Shown: piece after piece, positions 25,546-38,827 of the stretch
Numbering within the stretch: position 1 is the first letter of the stretch
Layout of the letters: each line of letters starts with the position of its first letter
Assembly (NCBI GenBank): GCA_001642005.1
Contig: LWCA01000030.1
Coordinates: forward strand, 1-64,000
Reading direction: 5' to 3'
Source: Intoshia linei
Taxonomy: Eukaryota > Animalia > Orthonectida
DNA: 64,000 nt
The notes under the pieces: model-generated
What the model saw: only the letters and a program-made list of their open reading frames with translations
What the model was told of the DNA's origin: nothing
Databases searched by the model: none
Made by a program: the position numbers and the translations under genes

Positions 25546-27992
25546 TTAATTTTCCATCAATTCCTTTTTAATTTTATCTTGATTTACAAATTCAAAAATA
25601 TGTGGAGCATTAATGACAATTGATATGGTTCCATCAATAGTTACAATTAGAAATATATAAAATTGTAATCTATCAATCACCATTGCAGTGTATCGCCATT
25701 CATTTAAATTCTAAATTGGATTACTTTAGTCGTGTCATAAAGAACGTGTACCTCAAAATGACTGTCTTCGTTCTTTAAATGGTTAGCTATATATTTAACC
25801 GAGTTTGCTGCCTTGACAATCTTTTTTGGTATACCATTTGTCGGATGATCTTTATTCACGATTCTTTTGACTATATTATTTAAATTTACATTTAATGCAT
25901 TATATATGATGCTTTCCAATGTTTTTTACCAGTGGATTGAGGGATCCCCAAATTCCAATATATCACCTGGAACCGAAAAAATTTACTTACAAATGTTACT
26001 ATGTTAATTGAACATTGTTCACATAAACTTCAATTTTATTAGAATAAGATATGAGAACTACATTGGGAGCTCTGGTTTACATAACATATATACAATTTGT
26101 ATATAAATGTTTATAAATTTCACTTGTATAGTTAAATTTATTTTTTTCGAGGTAACTGCATAAACAGAATCCTTGGATTAACATTTGTGAAAATGTTTTT
26201 CCAAAATTTTGACATTTGATGGGTCCGTTTAGTTTTAAAATTGAAATTGATGATAATGACAGTTATTAGAATAGTGTAAATATTCATAATAAAAGTAACT
26301 AGCAAATATCGTGAAATGAGTGGAATCGTAATTGATTTTAGCGGTAAAATTTTTGATACCAATAAAAGAAACACTATTAAAGCCAATAAGATTGAAATAC
26401 ACATTGTAACCTTTTCTCCAGCCTCAGCTGGTAAATAAAATACTGCTACGGATAAAAATGATATTAGAATGCATGGAATAATCAAATTTATCGTATAAAA
26501 TAATGTTTTTCGTCTAATTTGGAATTACTTTATCTCCATTAAATGTCCAGGATCTAAAATATTATTATAGTATAGTTAAACTAATTTACGAAAAATATAA
26601 TTATAAACTGTCCTTACATATAATTCTTAAGTAATGTTAAATTGGTATAGTGTAGTATTCAATTTTTCTTTGGAACAAGATTAAATAAATTTTATCAAGT
26701 ATCTCTTAATAATTCCGAAAAATAAAACTTTTCCATTTATTCAAAAATCCCTATTCGATTTCGATTCTCTTATAAGGTCATTTTGATATATCAGATATAT
26801 ATAAAATCAGATTGTCATTATTCAAAAATTGGACTCTTAAAAATTTTTTCAGTATATGCGTAGTATCATATTGCTCTAGCCACCTCTTAACGGCTCTTGA
26901 TTTGACAAAAAAATAATTTTGCAAATATTGAGTGCAATTTAAGAAATGAGTTCGCGATTTTACGCAAATTTCGTGGTTTTTTGTGTCAACTCGTTTATTT
27001 TTCGAGTGTTCACTGTGTATGATATTTTGTGAAATATGAAAGTTGAATTACCCAAAATTCATTTCGCATTCTTGTTCATCAAATGGAAAATATTCAACTT
27101 CTATTATACAAGAACTTTTATATATGGCTGGAGGAATCCACAAAACATCACCGTTGTGATAAATAACAACATTTGGTTTATAAGATACTTCATAGATGCC
27201 GTCAGCACTAAAAAGCTACAGATTACATTGTATAATATATGTATATCTTTATCTCAAAATCACGCCACCATAACATTAGACTACTACAATATCTAATAAT
27301 CTACTTGAATCGAATCAATTTCTACTTTTAATTTCATGTTAAACAAAATTGATATAACTTTAATCGATCTGAGAAATTGAAATTTAATTACTTGTTAAAT
27401 AGAACAATTTCTAGCTAAATTCATTGTATTAATAAATTAATATACACAAACCTTCCAAACAAGATGAGGTGATAATCTTATAGTTTTTATTCCACCAAAA
27501 TCTTCAGGGTTCTAATGAAATTGGTAATCATTCCATAACTGTAATATTGATAAAAATATAAAAAGTATAGATTAATATCATACCATTTTTAACCAAACAT
27601 TAGATTTCATGATTTGATTCTTTTCGTCCTTAATTAATGAATAAGTATTAAATGAATTATTAACCATTTCTCACTTCAAATTGTTATCTAACAAATGGTG
27701 ATGATTCTTTTAACCCAATAAAAGTACATGTGGGACATTACATACATTATGTATTAGTTACTATTACATAATGTATAATCTATTTTATTAAATTTAGGAT
27801 AAGTTCATTGAGAACCAATTACACAAAAATAAATAATTACAATATTTATAAGTTGATTGATTGCTAATCCAAATCTTACCACAATTTTTTCTGATCAATT
27901 TGTAACAGGTCTTATTAAATAGTTGTATTTTTTCACATTAAATATTTCATTCAATATGTCCAATTCATAATCACTTCTGCTATGATGGAAAT
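25546..27992 (-). pseudogene. Nicotinic acetylcholine receptor non-alpha subunit (insect beta1/UNC-29-like), disabled
   Basis: DEKNQIMKSNVWLKM; Cys-loop [17 protein letters not shown]; TM1-3 RRKTLFYTINLIIPC...LPAEAGEKVT; TM4 WRYTAMVIDRLQFYIF...APHIFEFVNQD. Lesions: in-frame TGA at 27895-27897, TAG at 27512-27514, and a deletion with frameshift at ~26525. Confidence 0.85.
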
Positions 27993-30688
27993 CTAAAAAT
28001 GGTAATTTGATTCAAATTATCCAAATAAAAATTTTTAATCTTAACTGAAAACGGAATATAAAGTCTAAATAACAACAATTGTTTAAAAAGATTGTATTTT
28101 GCCGTTTTTAATTATTTATACTGTCAACATTTTATGGTTTATTAATTACGTTTAGCATTGCCTAGATGTAAAAATAGTATATACCAATATAAAATAAATA
28201 TTAAAAAATAAAATAAAATATATTTTATATATAAATGGTATTTATTTCAAATATCTTGATAAAAAAACCATTTTAAATAATCAATAATCTATTATTCATG
28301 TTTAATTTAAAACCACTACTAGTATGATTATAGATATTGAAAATATTTTAATTTAGTGTAGTTTTTAATTTTATCAAATCTTACATTATTATTATATTAA
28401 GTTACCTAGTAAATAGCTTTTTGACTTTGTAATATTATTATATTATATACGATATTATTGATTTGGTATCGTAAACGGTATTATTTGTTGGATATTCGCT
28501 TAAATTGATCAAAATTTAAATATCTGGAGAATGGTGTCACATTTTATGGAAATTTTGATGATTTGATGGGAAATTTAAAGTAAATGTGTGTATTTTAAAA
28601 TCGAAACTTAATTTAATTATTAGATATGTATTTAGATTATATAAAATAATAAGTTGACTGGCATGTACTATGTACAAACAAGACCTAGCTTTGCCAAGTG
28701 CACATTTTTATAATACTTAAAAAGTAAATTCACGTTGAAAATCTAATTTAAAAATACTCCCATTCACTATTATCAATCCTTTAAAGGAGAGGTTCCCAAA
28801 TTTGTGTCAGGTGAAACTATCATATCACATTATTTTTTACTTTAAAGTGAATTATTCCATCTTAATTTTGTTTTGTTAACATTTGCATAAATAATTTTAA
28901 AAACAATTATTATTCCATTTTTTTAATTTATTAGACTGAATGTGTGTATAATATTAAAAATACAGTAAAAACAGTCAAATCCTAAAAATTGTCATAAATA
29001 GCATAAATTCCAGAAAAAATAAAATTATAAACTATTTTGTTATTTTGAGTGTGATGATATATACATAATTGATTGAATCATTGATACATGATATCAATTA
29101 TCGATTGGCTCAGAAGTTTGTTTTATGTCAAATAATTTAGCGGGCTGTAAAATTCGAAATAGAATATTTTTTAATTAGAAAGGCCATGATTTTATTAAAT
29201 TTTTATTAAAATTTTTTTCGATCAGCGATTCTGAGATTATTCAAAAGATAGGCCAAATTATCATTGTCGATAACGAAGTAAAATTGGCGAGTTCATTCTT
29301 TGTCATAATTATGTGATAATTTTATCTTGAAAATTATATAAGAAATATTTTTTTGTTTGGTTCCCTATCCATTTTTTAGGATTGATGTGATATGCAAAGT
29401 TGTGAAGATGCAGCAGTAGGCCCGGTCAAATGGAAATTGTAGGTCCTAATAAATTTTTTTTACAAAATCGGACCTCTGTAAATTGATTAATTGATCGTTT
29501 ATTACTTAAAAATTAAAAATACCCATTGGAATTCGTATTAGTCATTATAAAAATTAAAACAGTAAATATATAATATTTTAAAATTTAAATGTTTCATGAT
29601 TGTAGACCCGCTCATATGGACCCTTAGCCGTCTCCGCAGTCCTGTGAATTGTTTAAAAAATATATAAATGCATTGGAAAATTGCATTAAATATATATTTT
29701 AAATTTTAAAATACAATAAAAACTTAATGTTTATAAAATTTAATTTATAACCTATTTTTTGTTAATAACAAATTTAATGATACTACAAATTTAGTTTCCT
29801 ATATAATTCGGATATTATCTTACTCTAAATATCAGTTATTTATTTATTATAAATAATATAATTAATTTTTATTTCCATCGAAAATCAGAAACATTAACTT
29901 TACGTTTTGTGAACGAAAAGTGAAAATTCATCAAATTTTTTGAAGTACTTTTACTAAGATTTGAAAGAAAGTACTTACATAGTTTTAAAAAAAATTATTT
30001 TATTGAGTTTTACTGTACAGAGTTTTAATTTTGTAAAACTAAGTACTTATTACTAACTGATTTTATAAAAAAACTAAGTTTAACACACTAGTACGGACCC
30101 CTACGGGGAAAAACTTTTTAAACATAAATAAATATTAACTGTAATATTCCCCTAATACTGGAAAAATCATTAATAGATATAATAATATCAAAATTAACTA
30201 ATCATCGAAATTTATTTTCCTTTCCTGTTTTAGACCATACAAATATAGTTTATCCATTAAACCATAATATAATAATAGTTTTTGTTAATGAGATAATTAA
30301 TTAGGTTAAAATTTTAAATAGATTAAATTACGATAAATTATTCATTAATTAGTAATTGCAACTTAAATTAAATTATAATTTAGATCATTTCACTATAATC
30401 ATTATACACAATTTTAATTATGTCTTTTGATAAATACGATTGTACATTAATGTGCAAAATCGCTATTGATATTTTGAAAATTTTTGTTGTGACACAATGA
30501 ATTAAATGTAGCCAGTATGTTTGTAATTATCTGTCAAGTCAATATGATCTTAAGTAATTGTTACATATCAATTTTGCAATCTTATTAATAATAAAATTAT
30601 CAACACGTTAGTATTCATTTTATCAATTTTGTTGCAACGTTTGCATTACATTTTAAAATAAAAATTCAAATTATTAATTTACTAAAAA

Positions 30689-33684
30689 ATGAAATTAAAA
30701 AGACCTGGAGAATTTGAAACAATTAGCCGTAAACCAAGTAAGTCATTATATACATTAAACTTAATAATATTAACCAACGCCATATCTTTGAGTTTAAGTA
30801 ATTATTAAATACAGCAAAAGATTTTTAAAAATTAAAAATATTTATAACTCTTTGCAGTGAAACAGTGTCTAACAGTAAATAGTAAACAGTAACTGTCTTT
30901 CTCCCAGTTAGCAGATTTCCATTACACGTACATATCAAATTGAACCTAATCAATCAATAATGATAATAATTGAGTTTCATTAATAACGGTTGGGTATAAT
31001 ATTGATACAACTTCTTCACACGGTGTGGTAGTGCAAAGAATGTCCATGCTTTTAAAACTGCTCCAGAATCTTGTTGTTTAAAACTCAAAGACTCTTTTCA
31101 TTTAAAAAATGGGTAGTTTGTGGTTTTGGTCATGAAGATCCAATTTTTGAATTTAAATTTTTTCTTAATTTCTACGCTGGAATAACCTGACTTTACTTAA
31201 TAAATGGTTACTCACACTGACAGACACATTTTTAGCAAAATTTACTTGTATAATTGTAAGGATTTTATGTTTCATTTTTTCAAAATATGCGTCAACGAAT
31301 ATAATATTTTGTTGTATTAAATTAAATTTTAAATTATATTTTTAGTAAGATTTATGAAGTATATGTACAATATAATGGGTCAATGCCAATGCACACACAC
31401 TGGTCAACACCAGGATCATGAATTATCTCCCATTTTTAACCTAGTTGTGACAAACTGTCCACGTAATTTTTTCTTTAAATTTTTTTATTATTTTATTAAT
31501 TAGATTGTAACGTTGTAGTCGTTTGCGTTATCACTAAATGCAGCTGTAAACACGAACGATCTGATGATTTTGAAGAAGTGGTAATTTTAAATATGTTTAC
31601 TATATTCAAACATGAATAATTATTACATTATATATAACAATATGATTAAAAGTAATCATTTTTTTAGATTAAACATTTTATGAACCGTAGAGTTATCAAT
31701 TTCGTTAGAGGGGATGGTAATTTTCATTATTTTAAATTTTATAAATTCATATATTTAGAGATATCTTATCATAACGTATCCGAATGTCATAAAAAAATGA
31801 AAGTGGCTGGTAATTTTATTTTATCAAAAACTTCATAACATAAATCTTAGTCTATGTTTTCGTACAATATACTTCATAAAAACAATAATTAACACTACCC
31901 TGGGCGCAAGTTTCCAGATATATAATTTCATACACAATTAATTGGAGTAAATTTCATTTTACCAACTTTAAACAGATAATTAAAATAATATTGACAGTTA
32001 ACATTGTATCAATATGGTTTAAAATTTTCAGTTAAGACATTAAACAGGATTTATTTATTTAAATGTAACCACTTTGTTCATAATTAATTTGCTTTTTTTT
32101 AAATTCAGTTCTAGCTTATTTGTTTTGGTCTTTACGAAATTGATTTTGATTTTATCTATAGTTTTGTGTATTAATTATGAGGAATTTAAACACTATTAAA
32201 AATCAAAATAAAAGAGCTACAATTAAATTTAAAAATAAAATTGCAACCCGAAACCACGGAAACCAATATACAGTTGATTATAAATAAAATAAAGTTATTT
32301 TATATTTACATTAAATTTTTGTATGATTTTCAATAATTAAATTTGAGAGGGGTAAATTCTTAAAATCAAAAAAGTCATCCACGTGCAAACTTGGTTTTTC
32401 TAATAATAAAGAAAGTGAACACCCTAATCATTAAAGTAGTTTTTATAAATGTTGTAATTTGGATATTTTAAATTATATTATGAAAAATATATGTATTTCT
32501 ATAAAACTGCAATTAGAGACAGTTAATAACGTGGCCAGTGAAACTTCAATCTCAGATTCAAATCTAAATCAAACGCATAATGAACATAATTATCAAGATG
32601 GTAATATAATATTTTAATTTATATAGATATACATTTTTGAATCAATAATAAATATTATTTAATTTAATTTATTGATTACAAACATATAACTGAAAATAAC
32701 AATAGCAATGAATCAAACGGTACTAGATAACTTAAATATATTACATACATTAAGACGGGTTATGAAACTTTTACGTCGACCACAAATTTACAAACAAAAA
32801 TACAATTTCGTGTACCCAAAGAATGGATAATTATGATCTCGAAAATATTAAAAAATTTTTTATGGGTCCCAGTAAACCATACATACAAATTTGGCGACTT
32901 TATAATGCATATATGTCATAATTTGATTAATTTTACATATTTTTAGTTAATTTCAACTAATAAATTATTATTATTATTAAATAATAAATAATATTTTAAA
33001 ATTATATTTTATGTATTTTTGTAGAAGCAGAATTGGATACAGATAGTGACGTGGAATGTGAAACTTCAATAACAGGTTCCAGTCAATATGAAACGTATAA
33101 TGGAAATAGTGACCAAGATGGTAATATAATATTTTTATTTTAATGGAATATTTATGGAATTGTTAGAAATATAAATTATCTCATAATCAAATTAGTTTTA
33201 AAATAAAAATATATAACGTAACCAGTGGTCATGTAACACTATTTTTACATTGTATAAAAGAATTTCACTTTATTATACATTAAATTTAGTACACGATGAT
33301 GACGGCTTCACTTCAAGTTTTGAAATGGAAAATTTTGGAGTGTTTAATGACACCATCGATAATCTGTATCGATTAGACTTCATAAACATTGAGGATTTAG
33401 AATATTTGGACATTGAAACAAGCAATCAATTGGTAATATATGATCGTTTAATTTAATTTATATTGTGTAAAATAACATTCATTAACATGTAAATATTTTA
33501 TTTTTATTTTAGAGAATCCAAATTTCTAATGAATTACATACTTGGAATAAATGTTTATATGGTACTATTTTTATTTAAAAAAATCAATATATTTATTTAG
33601 ATGCCCACAATATTGAATATCAAAAAACTAAACTATTTTTTAAATATGTATATTGTCTCAAATTTAATGAATAATCTTATTTAA
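30689..33684 (+). CDS. Orphan multi-exon gene (~260 aa): Cys/His-rich N-half, acidic Ser/Thr/Asn-rich middle
   Basis: About 10 short exons with phase-compatible GT-AG junctions (30689, 31346, 31504, 31668, 31760, 32517, 33025, 33289, 33513, 33601) give a stop-free frame MKLKRPGEFETISRKPIRFMKYMYNIMGQCQCTH...NCPHCNVVVVCVITKCSCKH...NNLI*. Confidence 0.65.
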
Positions 33685-33956
33685 AAAAGAAAAAATTGAT
33701 AAATATCAATTAATAATTTGTAGTTTATCTCATTAAAATTTTAAATTTCAGTTTCTAGTTAAATTAAATGTATTTGTGTAACGGTTAATTCGTTTTCGCA
33801 TTTTAAAAATCACTTGAATTCTATCATCAAATAACATATTTCAAGATTTTCACTATACATTAAGAAAATAGTTGGAATATTTATTACTGATATAACAATA
33901 TATTAATGATTAATTAATATTAAAATTAACTAATCCAACAGATTTAATATGATTAA

Positions 33957-36900
33957 TTATTTTGAATTTTTCTTTTTAAAATTAAGTCCAATATCAATTT
34001 GCGATGAAAGCGTTGCAACTATTTCATCAAACTTTGTTTGTTCAAAATTATTCATTTTACCTATGGGGTAAATATGTTCGACTCCATTTACCTAAAAAAT
34101 ATATAATTGTAATCTTTTATTCTATAGATTACTCCCAATTTAATTTTGGAAGAAAAAAATGGCAATTTAGTAACATTGGAGGCAACATAAGCATAATCGT
34201 AAACTTCTTCGCCTTTTAATCCTTTCATCAACAATTCGACAAATATGTACGCTGCATAAGCTGTAGATAACGTAGCAGTACCCTATATATATAATACATT
34301 GTATTAATTTGGTTAAACCTTTCCTTTTTTTATATCTAATACAACAGTACCAGCATTTTGTATTTTGTCAGTCAAATCAATTTGTTCTTGCTAAAAGTAC
34401 ATTTTAAATTTTATAAAATTCACATAACACACATTCATTTTATTTAAAGGTGACGATTATGGATGGATACTGCTCATCCATCAGTAACAGCATTTGACAA
34501 CCTTTTCTTTCATAATAGGCACCGGTTAAATGCCTAAGCGTACATGTATATTAAAGTTTGATAAAGTGTTTTTTTTTGTTTTCTTGGTGGGCGAATTTTT
34601 AATTTGCAATGATTTTAAAAAAATATTTAGTAAAATTACATTTGTAACATTATATAAAAATACTTAGGGGACATTGGGAAATAAGAAGCAACGGTTCGAA
34701 AACGATGATGTATATTGATTATATCAGGCGTTCTCAACGGGATCCAAATGGTCCATTGAGTCATATGTCGTGAATTATACGGTACGTATTGGTACGTGAA
34801 CCTTCTATCGTGAAATAACAATAACCAAAATAAAACTAATCTAATTGGAATTGATACCAATTCTTTTTATAAACGAATGCATTGATTGAAAGATTGATTG
34901 CAATCAATTATTTCCAATGTCTGACATGGCTCATCTAACTATTTTATTATATTCCTCCATCTCTATATATCTTTAACATACATTCCGTTTCAAAAATAAC
35001 GCAACATTATTAAAAGCTCTGTAGTAATTTTTACAATTATTTTTGTGCTCACAGATTAAATTTGACATTAGTACAAATCATATTACATTATATTTAATTT
35101 AAATAATCACAAAATATTATAATAAAAAATGTTATAGCAAAAAAACTAAATTTTAAATAATAAATGTTGTTTCAAAAATAACGCAACTTTTCAATTATCA
35201 TCCACTGTTACACTTTATTTCATATTAATTGTAATTATTTTTTTTATTTAATGATCACATGATATTTTGGTAGATAACAATTATACAATATTTAATTTTT
35301 AGCTTTATGACAGATAGAAAACCTCATTTATCTGAAGAGGACATTCAAAGGGTATTTATGATGCGATTAAACAATAAAACATTGTCTGAAATAACGTCAA
35401 CCTTTAATGTTAATAAATCGACCATTCATAGAATCTTGAAAAAATAGAATAAGCCCGACAAAAGAGGTAAGCCAACTAAAATAACACCTACCCTTGAACG
35501 ATCGATAATAAGAAATGCATCTAATTCTACTCAATCTCTAAGGAATATTGCTGAAATCACTGGAAATTGTGAGCCTTTAAAAATAAACAAATACGAATTG
35601 CATTATTTTTGAAATGGAGTGTAATAACTACACATTTTTCTGTAGCCCCATTGAGAACAAATGCGTTAATATATCATCTACAAAAGTGCACACACGTACA
35701 TATTTGATATTTAATTAATTTGCTAGGAAAACTACCCTAATTAAAATTTTTATAATGGGTCCTACTGCGGACTAAATTCACATACTGGCTGTTATAGCAG
35801 ATTCACCATTATTAAACATTTTGATTTAATGAAAATTACACTGGTAAAATCTAAATGAGGCATTTGAGATAATAAAGGTAATATTGTAGTAGCAGAATGA
35901 CCGCCAACAACTGGGCATTCGCATTTGTTTACTTGCTGCTTCTAAAATTTGATAAAAATTAATTAATTATTAATTAACAAATAATATTAATTATAATTGT
36001 ATAATATACAATGTATATATTGAATAATTATTCATATATTATATATGAATATATAGAAATTATAAATTACTTTTGCTTTGCCAATAAAAACTCGACTTCT
36101 GATGACGTCTAATGTTGTCATGCCAAAAATCCTTTTTGGGTCGTATACATTAAATTTTTTAAAAACATTTGATGCTACAGGCACCATTGAATTTACTGGA
36201 TTTGAAATTATGCAAAACATTGCTCCTGGACAGAATTTAGCTATTGCTTCGCTCAAATCACTCACTATTCCAGCGTTAACATCAAATAAATCTTCTCTTG
36301 ACATGCCTACATTTATCCACATTAATTTAATTCATTCGTTTTTTACACCATACGTATATTTATATATCAGGGATGCACAACATAATACATAGGACCCGTG
36401 GGTACCATGCGGCCTACCTTTACTCAATCTGCAACCTGTGAAACTTTTTATTATTATTGTCACAATATGCAAATGAAAATATAAATAGAATTTTTCCATT
36501 TTTCTAAACTAGTGCCAAATTTTAAATTAGAATCCATACATATTGAATCTTTGTATATGCTCTAAAACATTGGTTCTTAAACTTTTTCCACTTGGCAACC
36601 CTTAATTCAATAAAATTCGATTTGGCACCCCAAAAATTTAATAAACTTAAATTAGATAAAATAAAAACAACGTAACTACGGTAACAAAACATGATTAGAT
36701 GAAATGGTTTTAAATTTAAATTACAGAAAACCTTTCAACATAAAAAACACTGGTTTGTCCGATTTATCAATATCATATATTTTAGTGAATCCATAACAAA
36801 TATAATCATCACTCTATTTTCTTTTTTTGAAACACAGTAACGACACATTAAGCGGATCACTTTACTATAGAAAAAAGCAGACAATGGACCAGTTGTGAAA

Positions 36901-37704
36901 AACGGACCACTTTTTTCAAAATTTACAGGTTTTCATTACTCTTACGTTTTACGTTATACAAAAAATAAACATTTGATAATAAAATTTAATAAAAAGCGGA
37001 CCATGTTTTGAAAAATCGATATATTGATTTTAGACTTATCGTCGAATGAATTTGATATTACAAATAAACACAAACAAAAATTGCGTAGCATATTATATAA
37101 GTATGATCATATAGTATTAGTATCGTGTCCGTTCACAATATCGTAAATTCAAATGATCGTATTTATTTTGGTTAAGTTTAAATTAAATAATTCATTAACT
37201 AGTTCATTTAATTTAGACTACAAGCCCAAGTTAAAACTGAAATATTAAGATACCATATTATACTTACAAACCATATTACAAAAAAAAATATATTTAATTA
37301 ATTTATCCAATTCAATTTACTATATTTAGTTTAATTATGAAGTTTATTTTCTTACGATCTTTTGATAGTGCGCCTATTAGTATACAGTGTGTATTACACA
37401 AATAAATTAACATGTCTAACTATATTCTGATCAAAATATAATATTGATTACCTGGCTTCTGTGCAATACCAGAAGTCATGACAACAATTTGGCAATTTTT
37501 AAGAACACTTTCAAGAGATTTTGCAGTTTCGTGACCTTGAATAACGGAATCTGTGTTTATGTGACTAAGATCACATGAGACTCCATGGACGTTGGCAATA
37601 TCATAAAGTGCTAATTCTGAAACATCTTTGTTCAACCGCAATAACAAACTTAACGGTTGACCAATACCACCACTTGCTCCAAGAACTGCTACTTTAATCT
37701 TCAT
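33957..37704 (-). CDS. MDH2-type (mitochondrial/E. coli-like) malate/2-hydroxyacid dehydrogenase with Arg-to-Gln in the substrate loop; 6 exons
   Basis: [42 protein letters not shown]|[59 protein letters not shown], ...[13 protein letters not shown]. Confidence 0.92.
34981..35621 (+). mobile_element. Internally deleted Tc1/Tc3-like transposon in an MDH intron
   Basis: TA-flanked TIRs cattccgtttcaaaaataacgcaa ... ttgcattatttttgaaatggagtg. Truncated HTH region from 35307: [16 protein letters not shown]...[21 protein letters not shown]...[17 protein letters not shown]. Confidence 0.85.
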
Positions 37705-38827
37705 AATTTCAAATAGTTTAGTAAATAGTTATAGTATTATTTCGATTCTTTAAATATACTAATATTTTGTGCTAAATTATCAAATAATTATTTGCTTTAA
37801 TAACCTACATTTCATTCAATACCATAAAGATGTATTGATCTTATTTTAAATTCATTATGTCAATCTGAGCATTATTTTATTATAAATTTAGATTATAGCA
37901 TGGTTAATTTGTTAGCAGTTTGTAAGCTTACTCTAAATTTGGTAGAAAAATTAATAAAATATAATACATATCTGCATTAGTTTCACACTTTTTATGAAAC
38001 TGGATGTTTTAATGCACTCACTCTTCGGTTTCATGCATTAGAACATGGGTTCTTAACCGGGAGTGCCAAACCACTTTTTATGATTGCCAGAAATATTTTT
38101 GAAAGAAAATCATTTTGCAGCTATATTTTTTGAAATTGTATGAAGATTCGAAAATATATTATTTATTTTAGTTTTATAATAATCGCCCAATTTTATTAGT
38201 TATAATTCTTTGGCCAGTTCGTATTTTAAAATATTACTATAATCAGTTATAAAGAATTTTAAAGGTTTGGTACATATTAAAATAAAATTGTGATTTGTTA
38301 TGGTAGAATTATTATAACCTCTAATATCCATATCATCTTGGTAGATTCTAACATTCGAAAACCACCGTAAATTTTTCTTATTAATAGTATTAATTTTTGT
38401 ATTTTTGAATTTCATCAGTAATATTGTTCCATTTACAATTTATTAGAAAATTAATTTTTAATAAAAAGTCATCATTGAATGAATAATACTTTTTTGTGAA
38501 TGAACTGTTGTATCAGCCTAAAAAATTTAAACTGTTAAGGTAAATTTTTTTCAGTGAGGGCTGAGTTTTTTAAAAGTGAAAGTGAAGCCTAGCATAAAAA
38601 ACGTTGAGAAACACTGCACTACACCAATCATATAATTATTTTCAGTTTTATTAGTTCAACATTATAATTAATTTAATACAGGTAAACTTAAATTAAATCA
38701 ATTAAAAATAGTATTGAAATTTTTATAGCAAATTGGTTTTACAATAATTTAAATGAAAAAGATGGTTTCAAAGTTTTGTACACATTTATTACTAAAATTT
38801 AATATTTGGTGTAGGTGGAAGTGCTTT

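Noticed and set aside
27512-27897. Stop-codon reassignment or A-to-I editing (TAG to TGG) rescuing the nAChR gene
   Set aside because: TAA, TAG and TGA all end intact genes in this window, and editing could not repair the deletion and frameshift at ~26525.
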